The translations under genes and the position numbers were made by a program. The notes beneath the pieces are model-generated. The model was not told where the DNA came from. It ran no database searches and saw only the letters and a list, made by a program, of their open reading frames with translations. From Candidatus Sabulitectum sp. (GTDB taxonomy: Bacteria; Fermentibacterota; Fermentibacteria; Fermentibacterales; JCC-6): DNA of 64,000 nucleotides. Shown here in pieces: positions 18,210 through 25,988 of this stretch; positions within the stretch are counted from its first letter, which is position 1; every line of letters starts with the position of its first letter. The stretch lies in contig JAOZUR010000005.1 in assembly GCA_029938555.1 (NCBI GenBank), forward strand, positions 4,966 to 68,965. Direction: 5' to 3'.

Positions 18210-19844
18210 GTGTTTATTACTGATTATATAGAATTTAGGTTTCTAAAAGAAAAGAGAAGAAATTTGTCAGTGAAAAAAGCGTTTTCTTGGATGCTATCAG
18301 ATGTGTTGCTTTTCTTTTTAATTCTTTCTCCTTTTCTTTACATTATTGGGGTTGTTTTGTGGCATGGTATTCCTGATGTGACCAATTCTGGTGATGGTGC
18401 TTTGCTGGAGATGTCCACAAGGTCTTTGTTTACTCGTGGAATTCTTTTAGGACCGTATTCCAGATTTCTTTTCTTTCATCCAGGACCACTCTATTTCTTT
18501 ATCAGATATCCATTTTACATGTTAATGGGGCAGAGGAACGCAAGTTTTCTTGTTGTTACATCTTTAATTTCCATGGCAAGTTTATTTGGAGGCTGGTATG
18601 TGGTGAGGCAAGTAACAAATAAGTTTACATCTTTAATTTTTACTGCAGTATTTGCTCTTTTTCTTTTAAGAACCGATAAGGTTTTGTGGCTTTCCGAATG
18701 GAATCCTCACATAATATTGTTTCCATTAATCCTCTTTACAATCGTTATGGCTGCTGTGAGTTCACGGGAATTGAAATACTTATATCTTGGCGTTATAACC
18801 GGCTCTTTTGTGGCTCAAACACATATTGGAGGCATTCCAGTACTTGCTTTTTCTCTTGTCTCAGTTTTTTTGTGTGTTGTATATCCATGGATAATAACTT
18901 CGGATCATAAACGATTTTCATCTAAGTATCTAAAGCATTTACTTGTGAGTTTTATTTTGCTTTTTCTTTTATGGGCACCTCCGATTTATGAACAGATTAC
19001 TGCTGAAACTCAAGGCAATATGAGTAAGATTAGTGAATTTTTACAGGAATCTGAACCAGATCAGAACATGAAAACTGCTCTTGAACCATGGAGTGACATG
19101 TTAACCAGTTTTGAATTGACGGGTTTTTATCAGCATCTTCGCAGGAATGACCTTGTTGGTACTTTTTCTATTACTATTGTTGCTCTAAGACTGCTTTTTT
19201 TGGCCATAGGGTTTTCTTTACTCAGGCGTAAGGGCAGGTTCGGGTTTTTATGTGCTTTAAATCTGATATGTATCCTAATACATGGAATTACTTACTACTC
19301 TGTAACACAAATTCGTGGTGAACTCAATCCTTACCTTATTGAATGGATGAAAATAGTGGCCCCTTTGTCTTTATTCACTATTTTATCTTCATCTTTCGCT
19401 TTGATTGGAAGAGGAGATAAAGCCGTGGTAGTGAAGAAATTTTCCAGATATGGGTTGATTCTTTTTATTTTGTATGCATCTATGACTTTACCTATTGAAG
19501 CCAGTGGATATTTTAGAACAGATCTGGATCAATCTTTTTACGCTGAAACGGTTGTTCAGGAACTATCTGTACCTCTTAAAGAAATAATGAATCAACAACC
19601 GGAAACCTACTTTATTTTGAGGCTTCAATCTCAGGAGTGCTGGTTGGTTATGTTTGGTTTGCTGAATGAATTGGAAAAACAGGAATATCGAATCTGTCTC
19701 GAAGATAATGTGTGGTTTACATCCACATTGCCTCCAACTGGTTCAACAACAAGAATATTACACATTGGAACTCTCACAGGCACCGGCGAGAATAATCCCA
19801 CTCTAATTGCTCGATATGACAATATTGGGATCATACTTCAGTAA
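18210..19844 (+). CDS. Polytopic membrane protein, possibly a GT-C-type glycosyltransferase
   Basis: GTG start. About 10-12 predicted TM helices in the first ~420 aa, with an acidic first loop (NSGDGALLEMSTR), then a ~120-aa soluble C-terminal domain. The family assignment is weak. Confidence 0.4.
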   Translation: MFITDYIEFRFLKEKRRNLSVKKAFSWMLSDVLLFFLILSPFLYIIGVVLWHGIPDVTNSGDGALLEMSTRSLFTRGILLGPYSRFLFFHPGPLYFFIRYPFYMLMGQRNASFLVVTSLISMASLFGGWYVVRQVTNKFTSLIFTAVFALFLLRTDKVLWLSEWNPHIILFPLILFTIVMAAVSSRELKYLYLGVITGSFVAQTHIGGIPVLAFSLVSVFLCVVYPWIITSDHKRFSSKYLKHLLVSFILLFLLWAPPIYEQITAETQGNMSKISEFLQESEPDQNMKTALEPWSDMLTSFELTGFYQHLRRNDLVGTFSITIVALRLLFLAIGFSLLRRKGRFGFLCALNLICILIHGITYYSVTQIRGELNPYLIEWMKIVAPLSLFTILSSSFALIGRGDKAVVVKKFSRYGLILFILYASMTLPIEASGYFRTDLDQSFYAETVVQELSVPLKEIMNQQPETYFILRLQSQECWLVMFGLLNELEKQEYRICLEDNVWFTSTLPPTGSTTRILHIGTLTGTGENNPTLIARYDNIGIILQ

Positions 19845-19933
19845 TTGTATTTTGCGCTAATCTTCTTATTCAGAGCATTTTTGATACAGTAGCGTTTTCG
19901 CTATATTAGCAGACAGACCTGAAAGAGGAGGCC

Positions 19934-21274
19934 ATGGATTCAACAAAAGCAATTCTTGAAAGTATTTCAGACGGAGTTTTTACCGTTGATTCCTATTGGA
20001 AGATTACCTCTTTCAATCGGGCAGCTGAAGAGATAACCGGTATTTCCAGAGCAGAAGCTATTGGTAGGCAGTGCAGTGAGGTTTTCAGATCATCAATGTG
20101 TGAGTCTGCTTGTGCCCTGAGGGAATCTATGTCCACTGGAAATCAGATCAGGTGTCGTGCAGGTTACATTGTAGATTCTGATGGCGAGAGAATTCCAATA
20201 AGTGTTTCCACAGCAGTTCTTCGGGATGAGCATGGTAATATTCTTGGAGGAGCTGAAACTTTTAGAGATCTCAGTGAAGTGGAAAATCTTCAGAATCAAC
20301 TTCAAGAGCGTTATCAGGTTGGTGATCTGGTAAGCAGAAGTCATGTTATGCAAAAAGTTTTCAAAATGATTCCTGCTGTGGCATCGTCGCCTACCACTGT
20401 TCTGATCCAGGGGGAGACGGGAACAGGAAAAGAGGTGCTTGCAAGAGCAATTCACTCTAGTGGTTCCCGTGGTGAATTACCTTTCATTGCTGTGAACTGT
20501 GGTGCTTTACCTGATGCTCTTCTGGAGTCGGAGCTTTTTGGATACAAGCGCGGTGCATTTACCGGAGCAAATTCAGATAGAGTAGGAAAATTCCTTGCGG
20601 CTGAAGGAGGAACGCTTTTTCTTGATGAAATAGGTGACATAAGCCCAGCCATGCAAGTTAAATTATTACGGGTACTGCAGGAAAAAACAGTTACCCCCTT
20701 GGGATCAAATGAAACTATTTCAGTAAAGGCCAGAATTATCAGTGCTTCTAACAGAAACCTTCTTTCACTTGTGCAATCCGGTTCTTTCAGGCAGGATCTG
20801 TTCTATAGAATCAATGTGGTGAGGTTTGAAATACCTCCTTTGCGGGACCGAGTGGAAGATATTCCTTTTCTGTTTGATATGCTTATTGAAAAACATTGTT
20901 ATGCTCAGGGAATTGATTCTAAAGAATACGATTCTCAGATATTGCCAATTCTCATGGGTTACTCTTGGCCTGGTAATGTAAGAGAACTGGAAAATTTAGT
21001 TGAAAGAGCTATTGTTCTTTCCACTGGTCGTTTGATATCTATAAATGATCTGCCTTCTGAGATTCTTCCAGTACGGAGTAAAACTGTTTCAGGATCAGGA
21101 TCAATGCGTGGAGCAAAAGCTGATACTGAAAGGCAAATGATTCATGCAGCACTAAAGAATTCCGGATTTAATAGAACAGCCGCTGCTACAGAATTGGGTA
21201 TACACAAAACAACTCTTTACAGAAGAATAAAAGCTTTGGGTATTTCCTTGCCTGATTTGGATGGCCGTAGCTAA
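19934..21274 (+). CDS. Sigma54-dependent transcriptional activator (PAS sensor + AAA+ + Fis-type HTH)
   Basis: Walker A GETGTGKE, ESELFGY, intact GAFTGA loop (KRGAFTGA), Walker B LFLDEI, and C-terminal HTH NRTAAATELGIHKTTLYRRIK. The N-terminal PAS-like domain carries C47-x8-C56-x3-C60-x13-C74. No receiver domain. Confidence 0.9.
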   Translation: MDSTKAILESISDGVFTVDSYWKITSFNRAAEEITGISRAEAIGRQCSEVFRSSMCESACALRESMSTGNQIRCRAGYIVDSDGERIPISVSTAVLRDEHGNILGGAETFRDLSEVENLQNQLQERYQVGDLVSRSHVMQKVFKMIPAVASSPTTVLIQGETGTGKEVLARAIHSSGSRGELPFIAVNCGALPDALLESELFGYKRGAFTGANSDRVGKFLAAEGGTLFLDEIGDISPAMQVKLLRVLQEKTVTPLGSNETISVKARIISASNRNLLSLVQSGSFRQDLFYRINVVRFEIPPLRDRVEDIPFLFDMLIEKHCYAQGIDSKEYDSQILPILMGYSWPGNVRELENLVERAIVLSTGRLISINDLPSEILPVRSKTVSGSGSMRGAKADTERQMIHAALKNSGFNRTAAATELGIHKTTLYRRIKALGISLPDLDGRS

Positions 21275-21391
21275 TTCGCTACTGAATCCTTCTTGCACCG
21301 TTGCAATAACGCTACTGATATTCCATTTAAGTAAAATTCAATAATTTATTAATATGCTGTAGAATAAGAAGATACAGTTAAATTTTAATTC

Positions 21392-21407
21392 TGGCATGCA
21401 ATATGCA
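21392..21407 (+). promoter_or_regulatory. Sigma54 (-24/-12) promoter
   Basis: TGGCATGCAATATGCA aligns with TGGCAC-G-N4-TTGCW with exact GG/GC spacing. It lies 117 nt after the activator stop and about 25 nt upstream of the likely TTG start (21433) of the first operon gene. Confidence 0.7.
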
Positions 21408-21414
21408 TTAGTGG

Positions 21415-21861
21415 TTGCTGGAGGTGAACAAATTGAGAATAGCTCTCACGGTCTGGAATGGAAGAATAGCCCCTGTTTTTGATGTGGCAGGTACAGTAAG
21501 ACTTGTTGAACAACACGGGAAGATTGCAAAAAGCGATGAAACAATAACCCTTCCACAGGGAAGTGGCATGAGGATTCGTGTGGATGCACTTGTAGAACTT
21601 CAAATTGATGTTCTAGTATGTGGTGCCATTTCAAGACCTGTTCGCCAAATGATAGCTGATTCTGGAATAAAGATTCATTCTTTTATTTCAGGAGAGGTAA
21701 ATGAAGTGCTAGAAGCACTTTTCACAGGCACTCTTGAAGAAAAACCTTTTCTCATGCCCGGTTGTGGAATAGGTAGGAACAGGAATGGCTGTAGAAGAGG
21801 TGCTGAAAACTTTGGTCGGGGAAGAAACCGAGGTTTTTTCTGCGAAAAGAAAGAGGTTTGA
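21415..21861 (+). CDS. NifX/NifB-C-terminal-like (dinitrogenase FeMo-cofactor-binding domain family) protein with Cys/Arg/Gly-rich tail
   Basis: RIALTVWNGRIAPVFDVA...LVCGAISRPVRQMIADSGIKIH.FISGEVNEVLEA fits one flavour of the Nitro_FeMo-Co domain. The tail is MPGCGIGRNRNGCRRG...GRGRNRGFFC. The likelier start is TTG 21433, 7 nt after GGAGGTG and downstream of the sigma54 promoter. Confidence 0.7.
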   Translation: MLEVNKLRIALTVWNGRIAPVFDVAGTVRLVEQHGKIAKSDETITLPQGSGMRIRVDALVELQIDVLVCGAISRPVRQMIADSGIKIHSFISGEVNEVLEALFTGTLEEKPFLMPGCGIGRNRNGCRRGAENFGRGRNRGFFCEKKEV

Positions 21862-21862
21862 T

Positions 21863-22120
21863 ATGCCACGTGGAGACAAATTAGGACCAGACGGAAGAGG
21901 ACCTCGCGGAGGTGTTTGCGTTGGAGCTGGTCAGAGCAGAGGAATGGGATACGGAAGAGGTAGAGGTTCAGGAAACGGCGCTGGTATGGGTCGCGGCAGA
22001 GGTTTTGCCGGAGTTTACCCTGTAAATCAGAATTCTGAACAGGAAGATTTAAAGAATCGTACACAGGAACTTGAGAAAGAACTTGCAATACTGAAGAGCA
22101 AGCTGGATCAGGGTTCTTGA
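21863..22120 (+). CDS. DUF5320-like Gly/Arg-rich protein with C-terminal coiled coil
   Basis: ATG 21863, in frame inside track ORF 21785-22120, 6 nt after AAAGAGG and 1 nt after the preceding stop. MPRGDKLGPDGRGPRGG.C.G...GMGYGRGRGSG...GRGRG, then EDLKNRTQELEKELAILKSKL. Confidence 0.6.
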   Translation: MPRGDKLGPDGRGPRGGVCVGAGQSRGMGYGRGRGSGNGAGMGRGRGFAGVYPVNQNSEQEDLKNRTQELEKELAILKSKLDQGS

Positions 22121-22129
22121 TTTTAACAG

Positions 22130-22163
22130 GTCAGCCGGTGTTTTTTTGAAAATGCCGGCTGAC
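22130..22163 (+). other. Intra-operon stem-loop
   Basis: GTCAGCCGG-N16-CCGGCTGAC, a 9-bp perfect stem whose loop contains T7, lies 10 nt after the DUF5320-like stop. There is no 3' T-tract, so it is not a canonical terminator. Confidence 0.5.
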
Positions 22164-22185
22164 ATCAAATATGGAGGAAATTAGA

Positions 22186-22545
22186 ATGAAAATAGCAGTA
22201 CCCAGTCCAGGGAAAGACTTGGAATCTGATGTTGATAGCAGATTTGGAAGAGCTTCAGGCTTCATTGTTTACGATACAGATGAAAAAACTTTTATCGTTG
22301 CAGATAACAGTCAAAACTTGAATGCAGCACAGGGCGCAGGCATTCAGGCTGCTCAGAATGTATCCAGCACCGGAGCCGGTGTTGTAATTGCTCCTAGCTT
22401 TGGACCAAATGCATTTAAAGTATTAAAGGCAGCAGGTGTGAAAGCAGTTACTTGTTCTGCTGGAACTGTAAAAGCTACAATTGAAGATTACTTAAACGGC
22501 AAACTTAGCGAATCAGATGCCGCAAATGTGGAAGGTCACTGGTAA
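22186..22545 (+). CDS. NifX/NifB-C-terminal-like protein (second flavour)
   Basis: ATG 22186, 8 nt after GGAGG; the track ORF starts 15 nt earlier. MKIAVPS...VDSRFGRASGFIVYD...GAGVVIAPSFGPNAFKVLKAAGVK is typical of the soluble Nitro_FeMo-Co family. Confidence 0.75.
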   Translation: MKIAVPSPGKDLESDVDSRFGRASGFIVYDTDEKTFIVADNSQNLNAAQGAGIQAAQNVSSTGAGVVIAPSFGPNAFKVLKAAGVKAVTCSAGTVKATIEDYLNGKLSESDAANVEGHW

Positions 22546-22546
22546 A

Positions 22547-23395
22547 ATGAGAATAGCTGTTGCTTCAGGCAAGGGCGGTACAGGCAAAACCACTGTTGCA
22601 GTTGCTCTTAGTATGGCTGTTTCAGAAAAGGTGTTGTACGCTGACTGTGATGTTGAAGAGCCCAATGGAAGCATTTTCTTGAGGCCGGAAATATCAAGAA
22701 CAGAAAAAGTGCTTGTGGAAGTACCGGAAATAGATGAAGAAAAATGTATTTCCTGTGGGAAATGTGCCAAGTTCTGTCAGTTCAATGCTCTTGTTTCTCT
22801 TGGAACCCCGCCTCTAGTTTTTCCTGAACTGTGTCACAGTTGTGGTGGATGTGCCATTGTTTGCCCTACTGACTCAATCTCATGGAAAAAAGTTTCCATA
22901 GGTGAGATAACAGTTGGCAGTGCTGACAGTGGAAGAGTTTCAGTGATACAAGGTAAACTGAATGTTGGTAGTTCCCTTGCGCCACCTGTTATCAGGCAAG
23001 TAAAATCACACATAGCCGATGATATTCTTACTGTAATTGATTGTCCTCCAGGAACAGCATGCCCTGTGATTGAATCACTAGACGGCGCGGATTATGTGCT
23101 TCTGGTCACTGAACCCACTCCTTTCGGGTTGCATGACTTAATACTTGCAGTGGATACGGTTCGAGTGCTTGGAATGCCGTTCTCTGTTGTTATTAACCGG
23201 TTTGATGAAGGCGATGACGGTGTAGAGAATTACTGTAAAAATGAAAAAATTCATATCATGGCAAAGATTCCCCACAGGCGTAGTATGGCAGAAGTTTATT
23301 CCCGAGGGGGGATTCTTTTTGATGCTATTCCAGAGATGCTTGATTTATTCAAAAGTATTCCCCAGATGATTGAAAGGGGGATTGAGGTAGAATGA
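22547..23395 (+). CDS. MinD/ParA-family P-loop ATPase with inserted 2x[4Fe-4S] ferredoxin module
   Basis: ATG 22547, 1 nt after the previous stop. Deviant Walker A ASGKGGTGKTT, followed by CISCGKCAKFC and CHSCGGCAIVCP, then DCPPG and a second P-loop half. Confidence 0.8.
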   Translation: MRIAVASGKGGTGKTTVAVALSMAVSEKVLYADCDVEEPNGSIFLRPEISRTEKVLVEVPEIDEEKCISCGKCAKFCQFNALVSLGTPPLVFPELCHSCGGCAIVCPTDSISWKKVSIGEITVGSADSGRVSVIQGKLNVGSSLAPPVIRQVKSHIADDILTVIDCPPGTACPVIESLDGADYVLLVTEPTPFGLHDLILAVDTVRVLGMPFSVVINRFDEGDDGVENYCKNEKIHIMAKIPHRRSMAEVYSRGGILFDAIPEMLDLFKSIPQMIERGIEVE

Positions 23396-24264
23396 AAGAA
23401 ATAGTTGTAATAAGTGGTAAGGGCGGAACGGGAAAAACCAGCATTACCGGATGTTTTGCAGCGCTTGCAGAAAACGCTGTACTGGCTGATTGTGATGTTG
23501 ATGCAGCAGATCTGCATATGCTTCTAGCTCCCGAGATTATAAGTCGAAATGATTTTATCAGTGGCAATGAGGCTATTGTAAGAGAAGATGACTGCACAGG
23601 TTGTGGTGTCTGCAAGAAGAATTGCAAGTTTGATGCCATTGAAGTAACTCCAGAAGGTAAATATCGCGTTAATCCTTTCAGTTGTGAAGGTTGTATGGTT
23701 TGTGTGGAAGTATGCCCTGTAAAAGCTATAGATTTTCCACCAAATCATTGTGGAGAGTGGTACTTTTCACACACAAGATTTGGACCAATGGTTCATGCAA
23801 GACTTGGAGTTGCCCAGGAAAACTCCGGTAAACTTGTAAGTACTGTAAGGTTAGAGGCTGCTGCAAAGGCTAAGGAATTAAACAAGGATTTTGTAATTGT
23901 GGATGGACCTCCGGGCATTGGATGTCCTGTAATCGCAAGCATAACCGGTGCTGATTTGATTGTGGTTGTTACAGAGCCAACAATTTCTGGAAGACATGAC
24001 ATGAAAAGGGTACTTCAACTGGCACAACACTTTTCAGTACCTGCATGTGTAATTGTAAATAAGTGGGATATCAACCCGGAAATGACTGAAGTTATAGAGG
24101 CGGATGCTAGAAATAGTTCAGCTGAACCGCTGGGCAGAATCCCTTATGATAGAGCCTTCACAGTTGCACAGATAAATGGCAGAACTCTGGTGGAAGAAAC
24201 CACCGGTGAGTCTGTGGAAAAAATAACTACTATCTGGGAGAAAGTATGTCAGAAACTGAAGTAA
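23392..24264 (+). CDS. MinD/ParA-family P-loop ATPase with inserted 2x[4Fe-4S] ferredoxin module (paralog)
   Basis: ATGA start/stop overlap with the upstream gene. SGKGGTGKTS, CTGCGVCKKNC, CEGCMVCVEVCP, VDGPPGIGC. Confidence 0.8.
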   Translation: MKEIVVISGKGGTGKTSITGCFAALAENAVLADCDVDAADLHMLLAPEIISRNDFISGNEAIVREDDCTGCGVCKKNCKFDAIEVTPEGKYRVNPFSCEGCMVCVEVCPVKAIDFPPNHCGEWYFSHTRFGPMVHARLGVAQENSGKLVSTVRLEAAAKAKELNKDFVIVDGPPGIGCPVIASITGADLIVVVTEPTISGRHDMKRVLQLAQHFSVPACVIVNKWDINPEMTEVIEADARNSSAEPLGRIPYDRAFTVAQINGRTLVEETTGESVEKITTIWEKVCQKLK

Positions 24265-25142
24265 AAGAAGGTCAGAGCTGCGAGGGAAGTTGTGATTCAT
24301 GTGCCGTGAGTTCATGTGATGCCAGTGAGCAGAGACCAGGTGAAGATGAAACAGCATTTGCCAATCGTCAGAAGCTTACAAAGAGATTGCTTGGGATAAA
24401 ACACAAGATTGTTGTTCTTTCAGGTAAGGGTGGAGTTGGCAAAAGCACAATTGCAGTAAATCTTGCGATTTCTCTTTCTCTTGCAGGTAAAAAAGTAGGC
24501 CTTCTGGATGTTGATATCCATGGTCCTTCAATTCCAACAATGTTACATCTCGAAGGGGCAAGGGCTGATACTGATGGTGAAAGTATACTTCCTTTGGAAA
24601 TGGGAGGCCTGAAGGTGATGTCTGTTGGTTTTCTTTTGGAAAACAGAGACAGTGCTATTATCTGGCGAGGACCTATGAAAATGGGTGTAATTGAACAGTT
24701 GCTTAGAGATGTTAAATGGGGTGATCTTGATTACCTTATTATTGATTCTCCACCAGGAACAGGGGATGAACCACTTTCAGTTGTTCAGCTTATTGGTGAA
24801 CTTGATGGGGCAGTAATGGTAACAACTCCTCAAGCTGTAGCTGCTGCTGATGTGCGCAAGTCACTTGATTTTTGCCGCCAGCTGAAGCTGAAAGTTCTGG
24901 GAATAGTAGAGAATATGAGTGGTTTTATCTGTCCTGACTGCGGAAAAGAGACAGCAATTTTTCAGGGTAATAATGGTGAAACCATGGCATCTGAAGCAGA
25001 TGTTCCATTCCTTGGAAAGATACCTATTGATCCAGCTGTAGGGGTTTCATGTGATTCAGGAACTCCATTTATGTATCATTACAGTAAAACAGAAACAGCT
25101 AAGCGTTTTGAAAGTGTAATTAACAAAATCATAAATGATTAA
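24246..25142 (+). CDS. Mrp/Nbp35/ApbC-family Fe-S cluster carrier ATPase with N-terminal 4-Cys motif
   Basis: SGKGGVGKST, IIDSPPGTGDE, and a CPDCG cluster-bridging motif. The N-terminus has CEGSCDSCAVSSC (C-x3-C-x2-C-x4-C). It overlaps the upstream gene by 19 nt. Confidence 0.85.
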   Translation: MSETEVKEGQSCEGSCDSCAVSSCDASEQRPGEDETAFANRQKLTKRLLGIKHKIVVLSGKGGVGKSTIAVNLAISLSLAGKKVGLLDVDIHGPSIPTMLHLEGARADTDGESILPLEMGGLKVMSVGFLLENRDSAIIWRGPMKMGVIEQLLRDVKWGDLDYLIIDSPPGTGDEPLSVVQLIGELDGAVMVTTPQAVAAADVRKSLDFCRQLKLKVLGIVENMSGFICPDCGKETAIFQGNNGETMASEADVPFLGKIPIDPAVGVSCDSGTPFMYHYSKTETAKRFESVINKIIND

Positions 25143-25150
25143 GGAGAAAC

Positions 25151-25483
25151 ATGCGTATCGCAATACCAATGGCAAATGGAGCCCTATGTATGCATTTTGG
25201 CCACTGCAGCACCTTTGCACTGGTTGATGTTGAAGATAATAAAGTAACAACAACTTCCGAGGTTGTGCCACCACCACACCAGCCTGGTCTTCTTCCTCCA
25301 TGGTTAGCAGAACAGGGTGCAACATTGATTATAGCTGGCGGTATGGGTTCAAGAGCGCAGAACCTTTTTACTCAGAGCGGTATTAAGGTTGTCACTGGAG
25401 CCGCAGGTACAGGACCAAAGGAAATAGTAGAGAATTATCTTGCCGGTACTCTTGAAGCCGGTGAGAATGTTTGTGATCACTAA
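25151..25483 (+). CDS. NifX/NifB-C-terminal-like protein (third flavour, HFGHC type)
   Basis: MRIAIP...CMHFGHCSTFALVD...PPPHQPGLLPPWLAEQGATLIIAGGMGSRAQNLF...GIKVVTGA...NVCDH. It starts 8 nt after the Mrp stop, behind a GGAG SD. Confidence 0.75.
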   Translation: MRIAIPMANGALCMHFGHCSTFALVDVEDNKVTTTSEVVPPPHQPGLLPPWLAEQGATLIIAGGMGSRAQNLFTQSGIKVVTGAAGTGPKEIVENYLAGTLEAGENVCDH

Positions 25484-25493
25484 ATTGTTCAGA

Positions 25494-25538
25494 TAAAAAA
25501 AGGGCGACTCAAACAAATGAGTCGCCCTTTTATTTTTT
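25494..25538. terminator. Bidirectional rho-independent terminator
   Basis: A7, then AGGGCGACTC-aaacaaat-GAGTCGCCCT, then TTTTATTTTTT. It lies between the convergent operon end (25483) and the RRM gene end (25544). Confidence 0.85.
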
Positions 25539-25543
25539 ATTAA

Positions 25544-25804
25544 TTAGTAGCGGCGAGGTCTTGGCTCGCGTGGCTTTGCTTCATTAATTTTAAGAGGTCT
25601 ACCATCAAGCTCAATGCCGTCGCCTTCAGCGATAGCCTTTTTTGCAGCTTCATCTGGCATTTCAACAAAACCGAATCCGCGACTGCGTCCAGTTTCTCTG
25701 TCAGTGATTACTCTTGCTTCAGTAACATCACCATACTTCTGAAAAAAGTCTTTAAGTAAGTCATCATCAACGCCCCAGGAGAGGTTTCCTACGTACAGGT
25801 TCAT
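25544..25804 (-). CDS. RRM-type RNA-binding protein (copy 1)
   Basis: 86 aa. RNP-2 LYVGNL and RNP-1 RGFGFVEM. Confidence 0.9.
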   Translation of the reverse strand: MNLYVGNLSWGVDDDLLKDFFQKYGDVTEARVITDRETGRSRGFGFVEMPDEAAKKAIAEGDGIELDGRPLKINEAKPREPRPRRY

Positions 25805-25845
25805 TAGTATCCCTTTCGTACTATGCTGTCTTAAAATTCACCGTT

Positions 25846-25906
25846 CTTCGCGACAACACAAAAGAAGCACGGTTTATTCCAACTCTGGAATGCTGGTAAT
25901 ATGCAT
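25846..25906 (-). promoter_or_regulatory. Conserved leader/upstream boxes of RRM gene copy 1
   Basis: The boxes cttcgcgacaacacaaaagaa (25846-25866) and ctggtaatatgcat (25893-25906) recur at the same distance upstream of copy 2. Confidence 0.5.
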
Positions 25907-25942
25907 GATTTGGTTTTTAATTGCAAAGGCCTGCGAAAAAGC

Positions 25943-25974
25943 AAAAAAAAAGGACGACTCAAAAGAGCCGTCCT
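25943..25974 (-). terminator. Terminator of RRM gene copy 2
   Basis: On the minus strand: AGGACGGCTC-tttt-GAGTCGTCCT (one mismatch) followed by T8. It lies 15 nt after the stop at 25989. Confidence 0.7.
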
Positions 25975-25988
25975 TATTAAACACTGTA

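Noticed and set aside
21785-21862. N-terminal 26 codons of track ORF 21785-22120
   Set aside because: This part overlaps the 3' end of the NifX-like gene in another frame. The internal ATG at 21863 has an SD and yields the canonical MPRGD... DUF5320 N-terminus.
19934-25483. Nitrogen-fixation (nif) gene cluster
   Set aside because: Only NifX/NifB-C-terminal-like small domains are present. There is no nifH, nifD, nifK, nifE, nifN or radical-SAM NifB anywhere in the window. The P-loop proteins have MinD/Mrp signatures, not NifH ones. It is therefore reported as an orphan cofactor-handling module, not as nitrogenase.
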